The position numbers and the translations under genes are program-made. From the IMG/VR virus record IMGVR_UViG_3300045988_136773: a DNA stretch of 64,000 bases, one strand, 5' to 3'. The DNA comes from a virus. Below, one piece after another: positions 33,028 to 42,223 of the stretch; position 1 is the first letter of the stretch; every line of letters begins with the position of its first letter. The notes beneath the pieces were generated by a model that did no database searches, was not told the DNA's origin, and saw only the letters and a list, made by a program, of their open reading frames with translations.

Positions 33028-33214
33028 CAATGGAAAAAGATTGTGTATTCGATGTGGTGACATATCACATAATTTTAGGATACCAATACAACTATTGAAA
33101 ACTGTGATATCAGCACCAATCTGCGATAAATGTTATAATGCACTTAGTCATGATTTAGTTGCATATCTTAATTTTACAAATCAAATAGACTTAGTTTTAT
33201 TTGATAAAAATTGA
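33020..33214 (+). CDS. small CxxC...CxxC protein, paralog 5
   Basis: LCIRCGD...ICDKCYNA; ATG 33020 follows ggaggg. Confidence 0.55.
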   Translation: MYNNGKRLCIRCGDISHNFRIPIQLLKTVISAPICDKCYNALSHDLVAYLNFTNQIDLVLFDKN

Positions 33215-33234
33215 TAAATAAAGGAGATAAAACT

Positions 33235-33531
33235 ATGAGAAAATTCAAATCCGCATATGTAAAACTTGCTGCTACATTATTAGCAATCCCTATGTTATTT
33301 ACAGGTTGCACAGCATCGTGTAGCCGAGAATGGACAGATATGAAATCTGATTTTTGTGGTGGTCTTAATCGTACTATCACAGTATACACTGCTGATGGGG
33401 AAGTGATTGCTACATACAGCGGTAAAATCGATATTGATACCAATGATGGTGGTTATGTAAAATTTGATTTAGACGGAAAGCGATACATCTACTACAACTG
33501 TTTTGTAGAATCTATTGCAGACATTGACTAA
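33235..33531 (+). CDS. lipoprotein
   Basis: Signal peptide with lipobox: MRKFKSAYVKLAATLLAIPMLFTGC; RBS aaaggag. Confidence 0.7.
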   Translation: MRKFKSAYVKLAATLLAIPMLFTGCTASCSREWTDMKSDFCGGLNRTITVYTADGEVIATYSGKIDIDTNDGGYVKFDLDGKRYIYYNCFVESIADID

Positions 33532-33547
33532 CAAGAGGAGTATTGAA

Positions 33548-34318
33548 ATGAAAGTAGTGTTATTAGCACATACCCCCACGCCGGAACAGACCGTTGCCGC
33601 TGCGGCACGGCTATGTTATTCTGACACCGATGTAGAGGCTCTGCGGGAGTCCATTTCGCAGGAGCGTGCAGAACAGTTTGTGGAAATGCTGGCGGGATTT
33701 GGTCACGAAAGCCCCGTGGAACATGTGACATTTACATTTGGGATCGAGGGCGTTTCCCGTTCGTTTCTGGCACAGGTGACCCGTCACCGCATTGCTTCGT
33801 TCTCTGTGCAGAGCCAGCGGTATGTGCGGCAGGATCACTTTGTCTTTGTAACACCGCCGGCAATTGCTGCCGAGCCGGAACTGCTGCGGGAATACGAAAA
33901 TGCCATGCAGCAGTCCATTGACAGCTACAACCGGCTGGCGGACGCGTTGGCGGCGAAATATGTGCCGGAATTTCTGGCACAGGGCTGCACCGAAAAGGCA
34001 GCCAGCACCAAGGCGGAGAAAAAGGCGATCGAGGACGCACGGTATGTGCTGCCCAACGCCTGTGAAACCAAAATGATCCTGACCATGAATGTCCGCAGTC
34101 TGCGGAACTTTTTCCGGCTGCGGTGCTGCAATCGGGCACAGTGGGAGATTCGGGAAGTGGCAACGGAAATGCTCCGGCTCTGCTGTGAGGTTTCTCCTGC
34201 CATGTTCCGCACCGCCGGTCCGTCCTGCTACTGCGGCGGCTGTACCGAGGGCAAGATGAGCTGCGGCAAGGCGAAGGAAGTGCGGAAAAAGTTTGAAACT
34301 ATACACAATACTAAATAA
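33548..34318 (+). CDS. thyX: flavin-dependent thymidylate synthase ThyX
   Basis: ThyX signature RHRIASFSVQSQRY. ATG 33548 follows aagaggag. The interior is strikingly GC-rich. Confidence 0.9.
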   Translation: MKVVLLAHTPTPEQTVAAAARLCYSDTDVEALRESISQERAEQFVEMLAGFGHESPVEHVTFTFGIEGVSRSFLAQVTRHRIASFSVQSQRYVRQDHFVFVTPPAIAAEPELLREYENAMQQSIDSYNRLADALAAKYVPEFLAQGCTEKAASTKAEKKAIEDARYVLPNACETKMILTMNVRSLRNFFRLRCCNRAQWEIREVATEMLRLCCEVSPAMFRTAGPSCYCGGCTEGKMSCGKAKEVRKKFETIHNTK

Positions 34319-34339
34319 GAAAATTCAATACTAAGAGTA

Positions 34340-34378
34340 AATAACCTACTAGACGGAAAATCTAGTAGGTTATTTTTT
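34340..34378 (+). terminator. intrinsic terminator after thyX
   Basis: 14-bp stem aataacctactaga/tctagtaggttatt followed by a T-run. Confidence 0.8.
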
Positions 34379-34379
34379 G

Positions 34380-34395
34380 TAACCTTGTATACAAT
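34380..34395 (+). promoter_or_regulatory. TAACCTTGTATACAAT motif, copy 1
   Basis: Identical 16-mer at 42205..42220. Contains the 10-bp palindrome ttgtatacaa. Confidence 0.45.
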
Positions 34396-34423
34396 TGATG
34401 TATTTGTTTGGTGGTGGTTTGAA

Positions 34424-34684
34424 GTGTGTTCATGTGATACTTGCAATTGTTCTGAGAAGTGTATGTGTGTTGAAATCCCAAATGCAGATACTTGTATTCA
34501 TCCAGAAGATATTGTAAAGCTTGGTAGATTTTCTCATGAAAAGTGGATTGTTAAGTATGGATGGTATACCTGGGGAGGAAACAGACCAGTTATTGGGTGG
34601 TATCTTACTGGATTTGATGATACATCCAGATTGAAACCTCTTCAAAAAACGGATATAGATGATATCTACATTATCGAAAGATAG
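34424..34684 (+). CDS. hypothetical Cys-rich protein (start uncertain)
   Basis: ORF-track frame. The ORF-track start lies inside the conserved motif, so GTG 34424 after ggtggtgg is preferred. Confidence 0.45.
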   Translation: MCSCDTCNCSEKCMCVEIPNADTCIHPEDIVKLGRFSHEKWIVKYGWYTWGGNRPVIGWYLTGFDDTSRLKPLQKTDIDDIYIIER

Positions 34685-34696
34685 GTGTGATTGTGA

Positions 34697-35476
34697 TTGG
34701 AATATATTGTAATCCCTGAAAGTGGTGAAAAAATCACAGTAGGGGCAGTTGTACAAATATCTGAGGAGTCAGATACAAAATATGTCCTGCTAAATGGGAT
34801 ATACATATATGACGGTACACAGGCTACAGGTCTATTTTTCTCGTCTATTCCAGATCGTATAACTGTACCAATAGATAATGTAGATCTATCAAAACTTATT
34901 GTAATATCCGATGGGACAGGTGGATGTTCATGCCCATGTGAACCACATCCGAATCCACCGCCACCACATAGAGCATATAACTGTGTAGAAGAATATGTGG
35001 AGAATATTGCGTATCATACTGGACAACTTATATGGTTAAATCATGGAGAAATATATCAAGCGACATGTGATTTTGTTTCGTCAAAATCAGAATCTACAGT
35101 AGAAGCAAATTTTAGTGCTGACGTTGAATCTAGTTATCTGGTTCCAATTTCAGAAAAAATATCTAGTTCAGTTGGATTAGCGTATGCACTTGATTTTGAA
35201 CAAGAATTTCAAACTTCTGAACCGACAAAAGCACAAGCAGATGTATTTTTATCAAAACTAAATCCGCCGATACCTCCTGCACCTGGTATTACGCTTGTGA
35301 ATATAAATCCAGTGTCTGCTACGTTTACAATATCATTTATGTATTGTAAATCTGGAGATGAACTTATATTTGTTCAAATCGATGATAGCATACGGGAAAC
35401 TATTTCTGATATTGAAAATAGGATAGTTGATATTCAACCTATATCTAATATCGAGTTAGAGCAAATGCTAACATGA
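34697..35476 (+). CDS. hypothetical structural-module protein
   Basis: ORF track (TTG start). Its N-terminal domain resembles the C-terminal part of 34424..34684. Pro-rich CPCEPHPNPPPPH linker. Confidence 0.5.
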   Translation: MEYIVIPESGEKITVGAVVQISEESDTKYVLLNGIYIYDGTQATGLFFSSIPDRITVPIDNVDLSKLIVISDGTGGCSCPCEPHPNPPPPHRAYNCVEEYVENIAYHTGQLIWLNHGEIYQATCDFVSSKSESTVEANFSADVESSYLVPISEKISSSVGLAYALDFEQEFQTSEPTKAQADVFLSKLNPPIPPAPGITLVNINPVSATFTISFMYCKSGDELIFVQIDDSIRETISDIENRIVDIQPISNIELEQMLT

Positions 35477-35486
35477 GGTGATTTTA

Positions 35487-36134
35487 GTGGGTAAATTTTT
35501 AGATGATAACGGTGTCCTGTACTTATGGAACAAGATCAAATCGATGTTTGTGCAAAAAGAAGATGGAAAGGGACTATCTTCAAATGATTTTACAGATGCA
35601 GAGAAAACAAAACTATTTGGAATTGAAGCTGGAGCAAATAAATATGTGCATCCTACAACCGACGGAAACAAGCATATTCCTACAGGTGGTTCCGATGGAC
35701 AAGTACTAAAATATGGTGGTTCATCCGGTACAGCTGCATGGGCGAACCCAGAAGTGATTGCTGTAGATGATGCACTTTCTAGTACATCAACAAATCCAGT
35801 TCAAAATAAGGTTGTTAATACTGCACTAGGTAATAAGATAGGCACGTCTGCCAGAGGTGCGAAGAATGGTGTTGCTTCCCTCGATGCAAATGGACTTGTC
35901 CCCAGCTCTCAGTTGCCGTCCTATGTAGATGATGTCATTGAAGGCTATTATTCTAATGGAGCATTTTATAAAGAAGCAACGCATAAAACTGTGATTACTG
36001 GTGAAACTGGTAAGATTTATGTAGATTTAACAACAAATATGTCTTATCGATATGGCGGCACAGAATATGTAAAAATCACATCATCTGATATGGTCGCTAT
36101 TACAAATGCAGAACTGGATACGATTTGCGTATAA
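35487..36134 (+). CDS. tail fibre protein (short)
   Basis: N-terminus GKFLDDNGVLYLWNKIK and LSSNDFTDAEKTKL repeat motif typical of Firmicute phage fibres. GTG 35487 follows gaggtga. Confidence 0.65.
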   Translation: MGKFLDDNGVLYLWNKIKSMFVQKEDGKGLSSNDFTDAEKTKLFGIEAGANKYVHPTTDGNKHIPTGGSDGQVLKYGGSSGTAAWANPEVIAVDDALSSTSTNPVQNKVVNTALGNKIGTSARGAKNGVASLDANGLVPSSQLPSYVDDVIEGYYSNGAFYKEATHKTVITGETGKIYVDLTTNMSYRYGGTEYVKITSSDMVAITNAELDTICV

Positions 36135-36149
36135 GGCAGGTGACTATAG

Positions 36150-38126
36150 GTGGGTATATATTTAAGCAAAGACGGAATCTCATATCTATGGTCTAAAATC
36201 AAGAATAAGTTTTATATCAAGCCCTCTACAGGCATTCCGAAATCTGACCTAGCTTCATCTGTACAGACAAGTCTGGGAAAAGCAGATACAGCACTGCAAA
36301 AGCATCAAGATATTTCCGGAAAGGTTGATAATACTGCAGCAGGGGCAGATTCACTGCTATCAAAAATAACAAGTAGCTGGACTGCAGCTCCTACGGATAA
36401 TACATATTTCATTAGACAAGATACGTCAAGTAAAAATGAATTCGGTCGAGTCAAATTTTCTACTTTATGGAGCTATATAAAGTCAAAAGTTGAATCACTA
36501 GGCTATACTAAAAATACTGGTACTATCACAGGCATAAAAATGAACGGTGCAAGCAAGGGTACTAGCGGCGTAGTTGATCTGGGTACGGTTATTACAGCAC
36601 ATCAAGACATCTCCGGTAAACAAGACAAGTCTACGGCTGTAACACATAGTGCAAACACAGCGGTTGGTTCTTCTACGAAACCTGTTTATATTGCTAAGAA
36701 TGGTGTCGCCACGGCTATATCTCATTCTATTAATGCTGATGTCCCTGCAAATGCGAAGTTCACTGATACCACCTACAGCGATGCCACACAGTCTGCACAC
36801 GGTCTGATGACTGCGGCGGATAAGAAGAAACTGGACGGAATGGATTTGTCGAAGTACCTTCCAAAGTCCGGCGGGGTGATGACTGGTGACATCGATATGC
36901 AGACCAATAAACGGGATATATTGGTAGGGACGCATAAAGCGAATACATCTAACGGAACGGCGGTTGCTGGCGGGATAATTGAAAAACGTGCAAATATGAC
37001 GAGTACTCTTCCTGAGATGCGATCATTTGTTGGTATGTTTCATAACACGGATATCGATAGATTTTATAATTTAATATCAGTTAGACACCGAAATGGTTAT
37101 AGCGATGGAAATTTATATGGTATGTACATTTTTAGCGAATCGACAACGGCTTCCGCTGACTTGAAATGGGGAAAGCAAACTAAAGCCTCTGGATGGACAA
37201 ACGATTTTACATTATTAGACAGTAGAAACTATACAAACTACGCCCTAGCCAAAGACGGAACGGCGGTTAAGGCTAATGCTCTGAGTGCTGGGCATATGAA
37301 ATTTGGGTATATAACCAATGCTGACGCTACCGCAAACGATGGCTATTTATGGGCGAGGGCAGGGTATTGTGTGAGTGGCACTGGTTACGATACTATAACA
37401 TTAACATTACTGGTAATGAACGGTTATGCTGGTGCCGGGTTGTTCTCATTATTTTTCCGAAACAGTTCCGACGGCAAATCATGTGATAATATAGGTGTAG
37501 AACAGATATGTACGAACAAGCCTAGTTATATTAGCAACGATCAAATCAAATTCATTGCCGTGTACACTGGTACCGAAGTTAGATATGAATTGTGGTACAA
37601 AATAACATCCAGATGGTCAGCGTTACAATTCATTTGCGTTGGCGAACAGCGTTATGCTGGAGCTAACAGTAACTCTTGGGTATTTGAGAAACGTACCGGA
37701 TCAACATTTCAGAAAGGGCCGGCATCTGGAAATAAAGAGGCTACATATTCGAACAATGGCGTAGTAGCTACTGCCACCACTCTCACTGATTCTGGGTGGT
37801 CGAGTGTTACTACTTATGTTGTTGATAAGAGCAAGTTTAATAATATAAGCACAGAGTTCCGAAGGATCGGTCAGATTGCGTGGGTTAAATGCAGTTTTAC
37901 ACCGAACGTTGCCATGACCAGAATTACAATTTGTGACGTGACTAAAGTTGATCCGTTTGTTGTTGTTACTCCGGCTAATACTGCATACGGAGTCGGAAGT
38001 AATGGCGATGGAACTGAAAACTTTATAGCGCATATATCTTATAGCCCAGACAGTAAATTGTATTTAAGAGGTAATTTTAAGCCGTCCACCAGTTACAGAC
38101 TAATGTTTTCGTATCCGGTAACCTAA
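36150..38126 (+). CDS. tail fibre / receptor-binding protein
   Basis: N-terminus GIYLSKDGISYLWSKIK parallels the previous gene; HGLMTAADKKKLDG motif; 658 aa. Confidence 0.65.
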   Translation: MGIYLSKDGISYLWSKIKNKFYIKPSTGIPKSDLASSVQTSLGKADTALQKHQDISGKVDNTAAGADSLLSKITSSWTAAPTDNTYFIRQDTSSKNEFGRVKFSTLWSYIKSKVESLGYTKNTGTITGIKMNGASKGTSGVVDLGTVITAHQDISGKQDKSTAVTHSANTAVGSSTKPVYIAKNGVATAISHSINADVPANAKFTDTTYSDATQSAHGLMTAADKKKLDGMDLSKYLPKSGGVMTGDIDMQTNKRDILVGTHKANTSNGTAVAGGIIEKRANMTSTLPEMRSFVGMFHNTDIDRFYNLISVRHRNGYSDGNLYGMYIFSESTTASADLKWGKQTKASGWTNDFTLLDSRNYTNYALAKDGTAVKANALSAGHMKFGYITNADATANDGYLWARAGYCVSGTGYDTITLTLLVMNGYAGAGLFSLFFRNSSDGKSCDNIGVEQICTNKPSYISNDQIKFIAVYTGTEVRYELWYKITSRWSALQFICVGEQRYAGANSNSWVFEKRTGSTFQKGPASGNKEATYSNNGVVATATTLTDSGWSSVTTYVVDKSKFNNISTEFRRIGQIAWVKCSFTPNVAMTRITICDVTKVDPFVVVTPANTAYGVGSNGDGTENFIAHISYSPDSKLYLRGNFKPSTSYRLMFSYPVT

Positions 38127-38140
38127 GGAGGTAATTAAAA

Positions 38141-41100
38141 ATGGCAAAGACACTTTGGAATGAAGGACGAGTTGTTGGATATTCAGCATATGAGCTATAT
38201 GTAAGACATGCAATCGCGACAGATCCGGAGCATCCACCAGTAGATGAAAAAACATGGCTTTCATCTATGCTTGGAATGGGAAACTCTATGGTGTTACATA
38301 TAGGGACAGATGAAGTTCAAGGTATGCACTATCGAGATTTCTCATTACCAGAATCATCTAGACTATGTGCAGCATCTACAATCATAGCCTCAGTATTTTT
38401 AGGGGCTGGAAGAAATGGTGATACAGATTTCAAAAGTGCAGAATCCGGATGGGCCACGTCTATTTCAGATTACGGAATTCTAATCAACAATACTAGTTCA
38501 AGTTCTCCTACTGGAACTGTAGATTCTAGCAGTGCTATACCACCAAGTACAATTTCAAATGTATCAGAATCAGAATATACTACATATGTATCAGAATACT
38601 CAAAAATCGTAGATGGCATAGTGATTCAGCCAGGAGCATGGTCAGATAATACAGAAAAACCACCAGAAAAGGCACTTGCTCCTAATATGACAGTTGTACC
38701 AACTTTGAGGATTGCATTTGCTGATCAAATCACACACCCATTTTATATTATATTGACAGGTTTTTTAAATCGATCTATTATAAGCACATTATCGAAAAGT
38801 ACATCGAATAATTCTGAAGATGGTGACTTTTTAGGTCCAGCAGAATTCCCATGGTCTTCTAAAATCGTATTTCAAACGCCAGCAGCATATGCATCTTTGT
38901 ATGCAAGTACGGATTATATCCGATCGCTTCCAAAACAAAATGACGCAGTCCATGTGACAACTGACAGTGTTATTGACACAGAAACCACGAATCCGATTGA
39001 TTTTTATGCACAAAATAGCCCAGTGTCTACGATCGATATAAATGTACAGAAACTAAAGACTGTAAAAGACGGTGCTTCTGTACTTGCAACATATTCAGCT
39101 TCAGATGATCTCCCACCTGCACTATATGGCATGCGACTAAAATCCGCAGTATCTAACTCAAATAATCCATATATCACATCTGTTGAATCACCGGTTTATG
39201 GATTATTTCACGGAGATGAATCTGACGCGTCGAAACTGGATTACACTATGTCAGATTCTGACTGGAATACATTATCACTGGTATCAAAAAATAAAAAAGA
39301 CGCTGGGTACACAATATCTAAGACCGTATTGAAGTCGATATGGAATGAACTGTGTCAAGATAGCTATAAGTATTCATATGCTAAAAACTTGTTTTATATA
39401 AACATGCAAGATGATTGTGCATTTAGTTTATTTCCTGCATCTGAAATTCAAACGCTAACCCAATATATTCGGCTGCTGAAAACTCCAGATTCAACATTTG
39501 CAACATATAAATTTCATTTTGATACCCCAGTATCAATCAAAAACAAATTGTACTATAACTTTACAATTGGTTGCCACCCAAGCATAGATTCTGTATTTTG
39601 GCTAACCCTCGGTGTATCATCAGATGATATTGCATTGCCAAACGCAATGTGTCCAATAGATACAACAGCACCAGGCACAGTAAAGCTATACACAGATCAA
39701 GATACTGCAAAAACATTAGAAGATAGCTATCCAAGTAATACCGCACTTATTCGTGATTCTGACTATGTAATACATCAGCTGAATCAGTATCAAGATATTG
39801 TGCCTGTATCTAAAGTAGAAACATCTTCAATTTTGAATGATTTATATGTATACAATCTAAGCATGATTAATCCATACTTAGTAGTTGACGGAAATTCTCC
39901 CAGAAACGGTGTTACTGTAAATGCACTATCTGGATATGATGCAAGTAAATCTGTTTGGGATAATGAACCGAATACATATACAATTACTTACAATGAAGAA
40001 ACATTGTCTGGTACATACCTGCAATCACACCCAGAAGAAAAACTAAAATACAATGAACCCGTTGTTATAGTAAAAAAGCGTATTGTTGGCTATCTGTCAG
40101 ATAAAATCAAAAATCTCTGTGGATATGAGTACGATCCAGATACTAAGAAATTAAAATCTGGAGGATACTGGGATAATGCGGTCCTCATATTATCGACTAT
40201 TCCAGAATCCAGAAGAACTGATTACTACTATATTGTACCGTCTACACGCTCAGACACTACAAGAACTCAGGATACGTTTGCTTGGCCAGTTCGTAAATCG
40301 GACAATTATGTAGATGTTACAGTACAGTATAGAATACGCATATTTGTTACAAAAACCACAAACTCTGGTGTAATTTCCTCTGAATACAAAATTCCGTCCA
40401 TGTCAAATACAGTACAGCTGTCTGATGGAACAGCAACACAAAGTGGTTTACTTGGAAGCATGTGGAATAATGGATCTAGTTCAGATGGTCTAACATACAA
40501 TCACGGATGGGCATATATTCACACAGATGATCAAGTGCACACCATATTAAAAGATGCAATGACACCTCTGAATGGTCAAAACAGCTGTATCTACGAAGGT
40601 GATACTCTGTTGCCGATGTATAATCTGTATCACACTAATATGACAGCAAGCGATGTGTTCGGGGTACAGTCCATGACAAACGCAGGGATTTTATCAAAAT
40701 TTCGAAGTATGTCCTTGCACGACTTCTTAGTAACTGCAATCACTACAGACATGGGTACAGGCCAAACCTTAAATAATAACATATCCGCGCATCGTGAAAA
40801 CCTGATACAGTCTGTATCATTTTATACAAATGGAAAGCACGAATCAGGTGCATTTACAAGTGCTGGTGATTTGCTGTTTACGTTGCAAAATAAAGTATCT
40901 ACTGATACCGTGGAAAAAACCATGTTATTATCAGTACCAAGCATGTATCAAGATAGTGCAGGAAATGCACCGCAATGTGCTATGATACAGACAGGTAATT
41001 TAAAATCTAGGGTTTTATCGCTTTCAGATCATGAAAATTCCCCTTATGGACTATATGGTGCATCTGGAACTATACAAAGTAACTCTGTTGGTAAGCTAAC

Positions 41101-41248
41101 GTGGATGCAACTTTTGAACGCCTTAGCTGGTGATAAAACACTAGACTTGCTAACAGACCAGATTCGGCAGCTTATTTCTGCACTATCTACTTGTGGAGAC
41201 GGTGAGTGGAAAATAAAAATCGAAAATGGAAAAATAGCACTCGTTTGA
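38141..41248 (+). CDS. large tail/baseplate-associated structural protein (1035 aa)
   Basis: RBS aaggagg. N-terminal GRVVGYSAYELYVRH motif resembles the fibre-associated SAYE(I/L) motif. Confidence 0.55.
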   Translation: MAKTLWNEGRVVGYSAYELYVRHAIATDPEHPPVDEKTWLSSMLGMGNSMVLHIGTDEVQGMHYRDFSLPESSRLCAASTIIASVFLGAGRNGDTDFKSAESGWATSISDYGILINNTSSSSPTGTVDSSSAIPPSTISNVSESEYTTYVSEYSKIVDGIVIQPGAWSDNTEKPPEKALAPNMTVVPTLRIAFADQITHPFYIILTGFLNRSIISTLSKSTSNNSEDGDFLGPAEFPWSSKIVFQTPAAYASLYASTDYIRSLPKQNDAVHVTTDSVIDTETTNPIDFYAQNSPVSTIDINVQKLKTVKDGASVLATYSASDDLPPALYGMRLKSAVSNSNNPYITSVESPVYGLFHGDESDASKLDYTMSDSDWNTLSLVSKNKKDAGYTISKTVLKSIWNELCQDSYKYSYAKNLFYINMQDDCAFSLFPASEIQTLTQYIRLLKTPDSTFATYKFHFDTPVSIKNKLYYNFTIGCHPSIDSVFWLTLGVSSDDIALPNAMCPIDTTAPGTVKLYTDQDTAKTLEDSYPSNTALIRDSDYVIHQLNQYQDIVPVSKVETSSILNDLYVYNLSMINPYLVVDGNSPRNGVTVNALSGYDASKSVWDNEPNTYTITYNEETLSGTYLQSHPEEKLKYNEPVVIVKKRIVGYLSDKIKNLCGYEYDPDTKKLKSGGYWDNAVLILSTIPESRRTDYYYIVPSTRSDTTRTQDTFAWPVRKSDNYVDVTVQYRIRIFVTKTTNSGVISSEYKIPSMSNTVQLSDGTATQSGLLGSMWNNGSSSDGLTYNHGWAYIHTDDQVHTILKDAMTPLNGQNSCIYEGDTLLPMYNLYHTNMTASDVFGVQSMTNAGILSKFRSMSLHDFLVTAITTDMGTGQTLNNNISAHRENLIQSVSFYTNGKHESGAFTSAGDLLFTLQNKVSTDTVEKTMLLSVPSMYQDSAGNAPQCAMIQTGNLKSRVLSLSDHENSPYGLYGASGTIQSNSVGKLTWMQLLNALAGDKTLDLLTDQIRQLISALSTCGDGEWKIKIENGKIALV

Positions 41249-41261
41249 TAGGTGGTGTCTA

Positions 41262-41675
41262 ATGCTATTGTATAAAGTATACTCAGCGTCAAACAAAAAT
41301 CAATCAAAGATATCAGCAAGCCAAATAGTAAATAGACTTGGAAAGTATTTATATAACCATCTGGACGGTGCATTTCAGTATAAAAAATCCGGTAATACTT
41401 TTGATGTGTACACAACTTTGCTGTACGAATTAAAAGAAGAATTTGGTGGAATCAAAAATGACGTTCAAGAGATGACACTAAATATAAGTATAACTACATA
41501 TCAAAATAAGATTCGAGTAAATACAATTGAAGTATCCCCAGATGAAAGAACACTTGGGTATGATTTACTAAAGCCTGAGCTGTTAAATGATCTAGATACC
41601 GCAAAATCTGTGATTATGCAAAAAGTTCACAAACGGATTGATAAGGCATATGATCACCATATCACATTATATTGA
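41262..41675 (+). CDS. hypothetical protein
   Basis: ORF track; RBS aggtggtg. Confidence 0.55.
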   Translation: MLLYKVYSASNKNQSKISASQIVNRLGKYLYNHLDGAFQYKKSGNTFDVYTTLLYELKEEFGGIKNDVQEMTLNISITTYQNKIRVNTIEVSPDERTLGYDLLKPELLNDLDTAKSVIMQKVHKRIDKAYDHHITLY

Positions 41676-41711
41676 CATCTTCAAAATTTCTTTCATTTTA
41701 TACCTCCAAAA

Positions 41712-41748
41712 CAAGAGCGTCGTATTAAGCCAAAATACGACGCTCTTG
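41712..41748. terminator. 15-bp hairpin, probable terminator
   Basis: caagagcgtcgtatt / aatacgacgctcttg. The T-run is better on the minus strand. Confidence 0.5.
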
Positions 41749-41766
41749 CATGTTCTGATCCGACGC

Positions 41767-41784
41767 TCGTTAGTATAATTGTAG
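41767..41784 (+). promoter_or_regulatory. phage promoter-like motif, copy 6 (tcgttagtataattgtag)
   Basis: 49 nt upstream of ATG 41833. Confidence 0.5.
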
Positions 41785-41832
41785 GAAACACTAAAACTCT
41801 ACAAATTACAAATAAATTGTGAGGTACTTATC

Positions 41833-42204
41833 ATGCAGAATGAAAATCAAACAACCAAGGAAATCAATGTATATGATGTTGTTTATACAATCCAGAAGCT
41901 TGGTATTTCATCAAACCTTTTCGGATTTAACTACATTCGATACGCAATCGAACTCATTGCAAAAGATGAATCCTATATGCATTCCATCACAAAACGCCTT
42001 TATCCGGAGATTGCAAGAGCATTTAATTCCACTAGTCAGCGAGTAGAGCGTGCAATTCGTCATGCAATCGATGTGAGTATGTATCGTGTGAATCATGAGT
42101 ATTGGGATATGATATTTGATGGAATTTGTACACTTGATGATGTACGTCCTACAAATTCAGAATTCCTTGCTACACTATACATATACTTAAAGTACAGATG
42201 CTGA
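41833..42204 (+). CDS. receiver-less Spo0A C-terminal (effector/DNA-binding) domain protein
   Basis: [28 protein letters not shown] and [11 protein letters not shown] closely follow B. subtilis Spo0A [28 protein letters not shown] / KPTNSEFIAMV. Confidence 0.85.
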   Translation: [123 protein letters not shown]

Positions 42205-42220
42205 TAACCTTGTATACAAT
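42205..42220 (+). promoter_or_regulatory. TAACCTTGTATACAAT motif, copy 2
   Basis: Identical to 34380..34395. Confidence 0.45.
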
Positions 42221-42223
42221 CGG

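Noticed and set aside
33528-34446. Many long ORFs on both strands and in alternative frames across thyX (e.g. 33611..34306 minus, 33732..34163 minus, 33864..34076 plus, 33925..34212 minus)
   Set aside because: They coincide exactly with the GC-rich interior, where stop codons are rare. They lack RBSs. The ThyX frame carries the family signature RHRxxSxxxQSxRY.
34385-41248. Diversity-generating retroelement acting on the tail fibres
   Set aside because: The window has no reverse transcriptase, and I saw no near-identical template/variable repeat pair at the 3' ends of the fibre genes.
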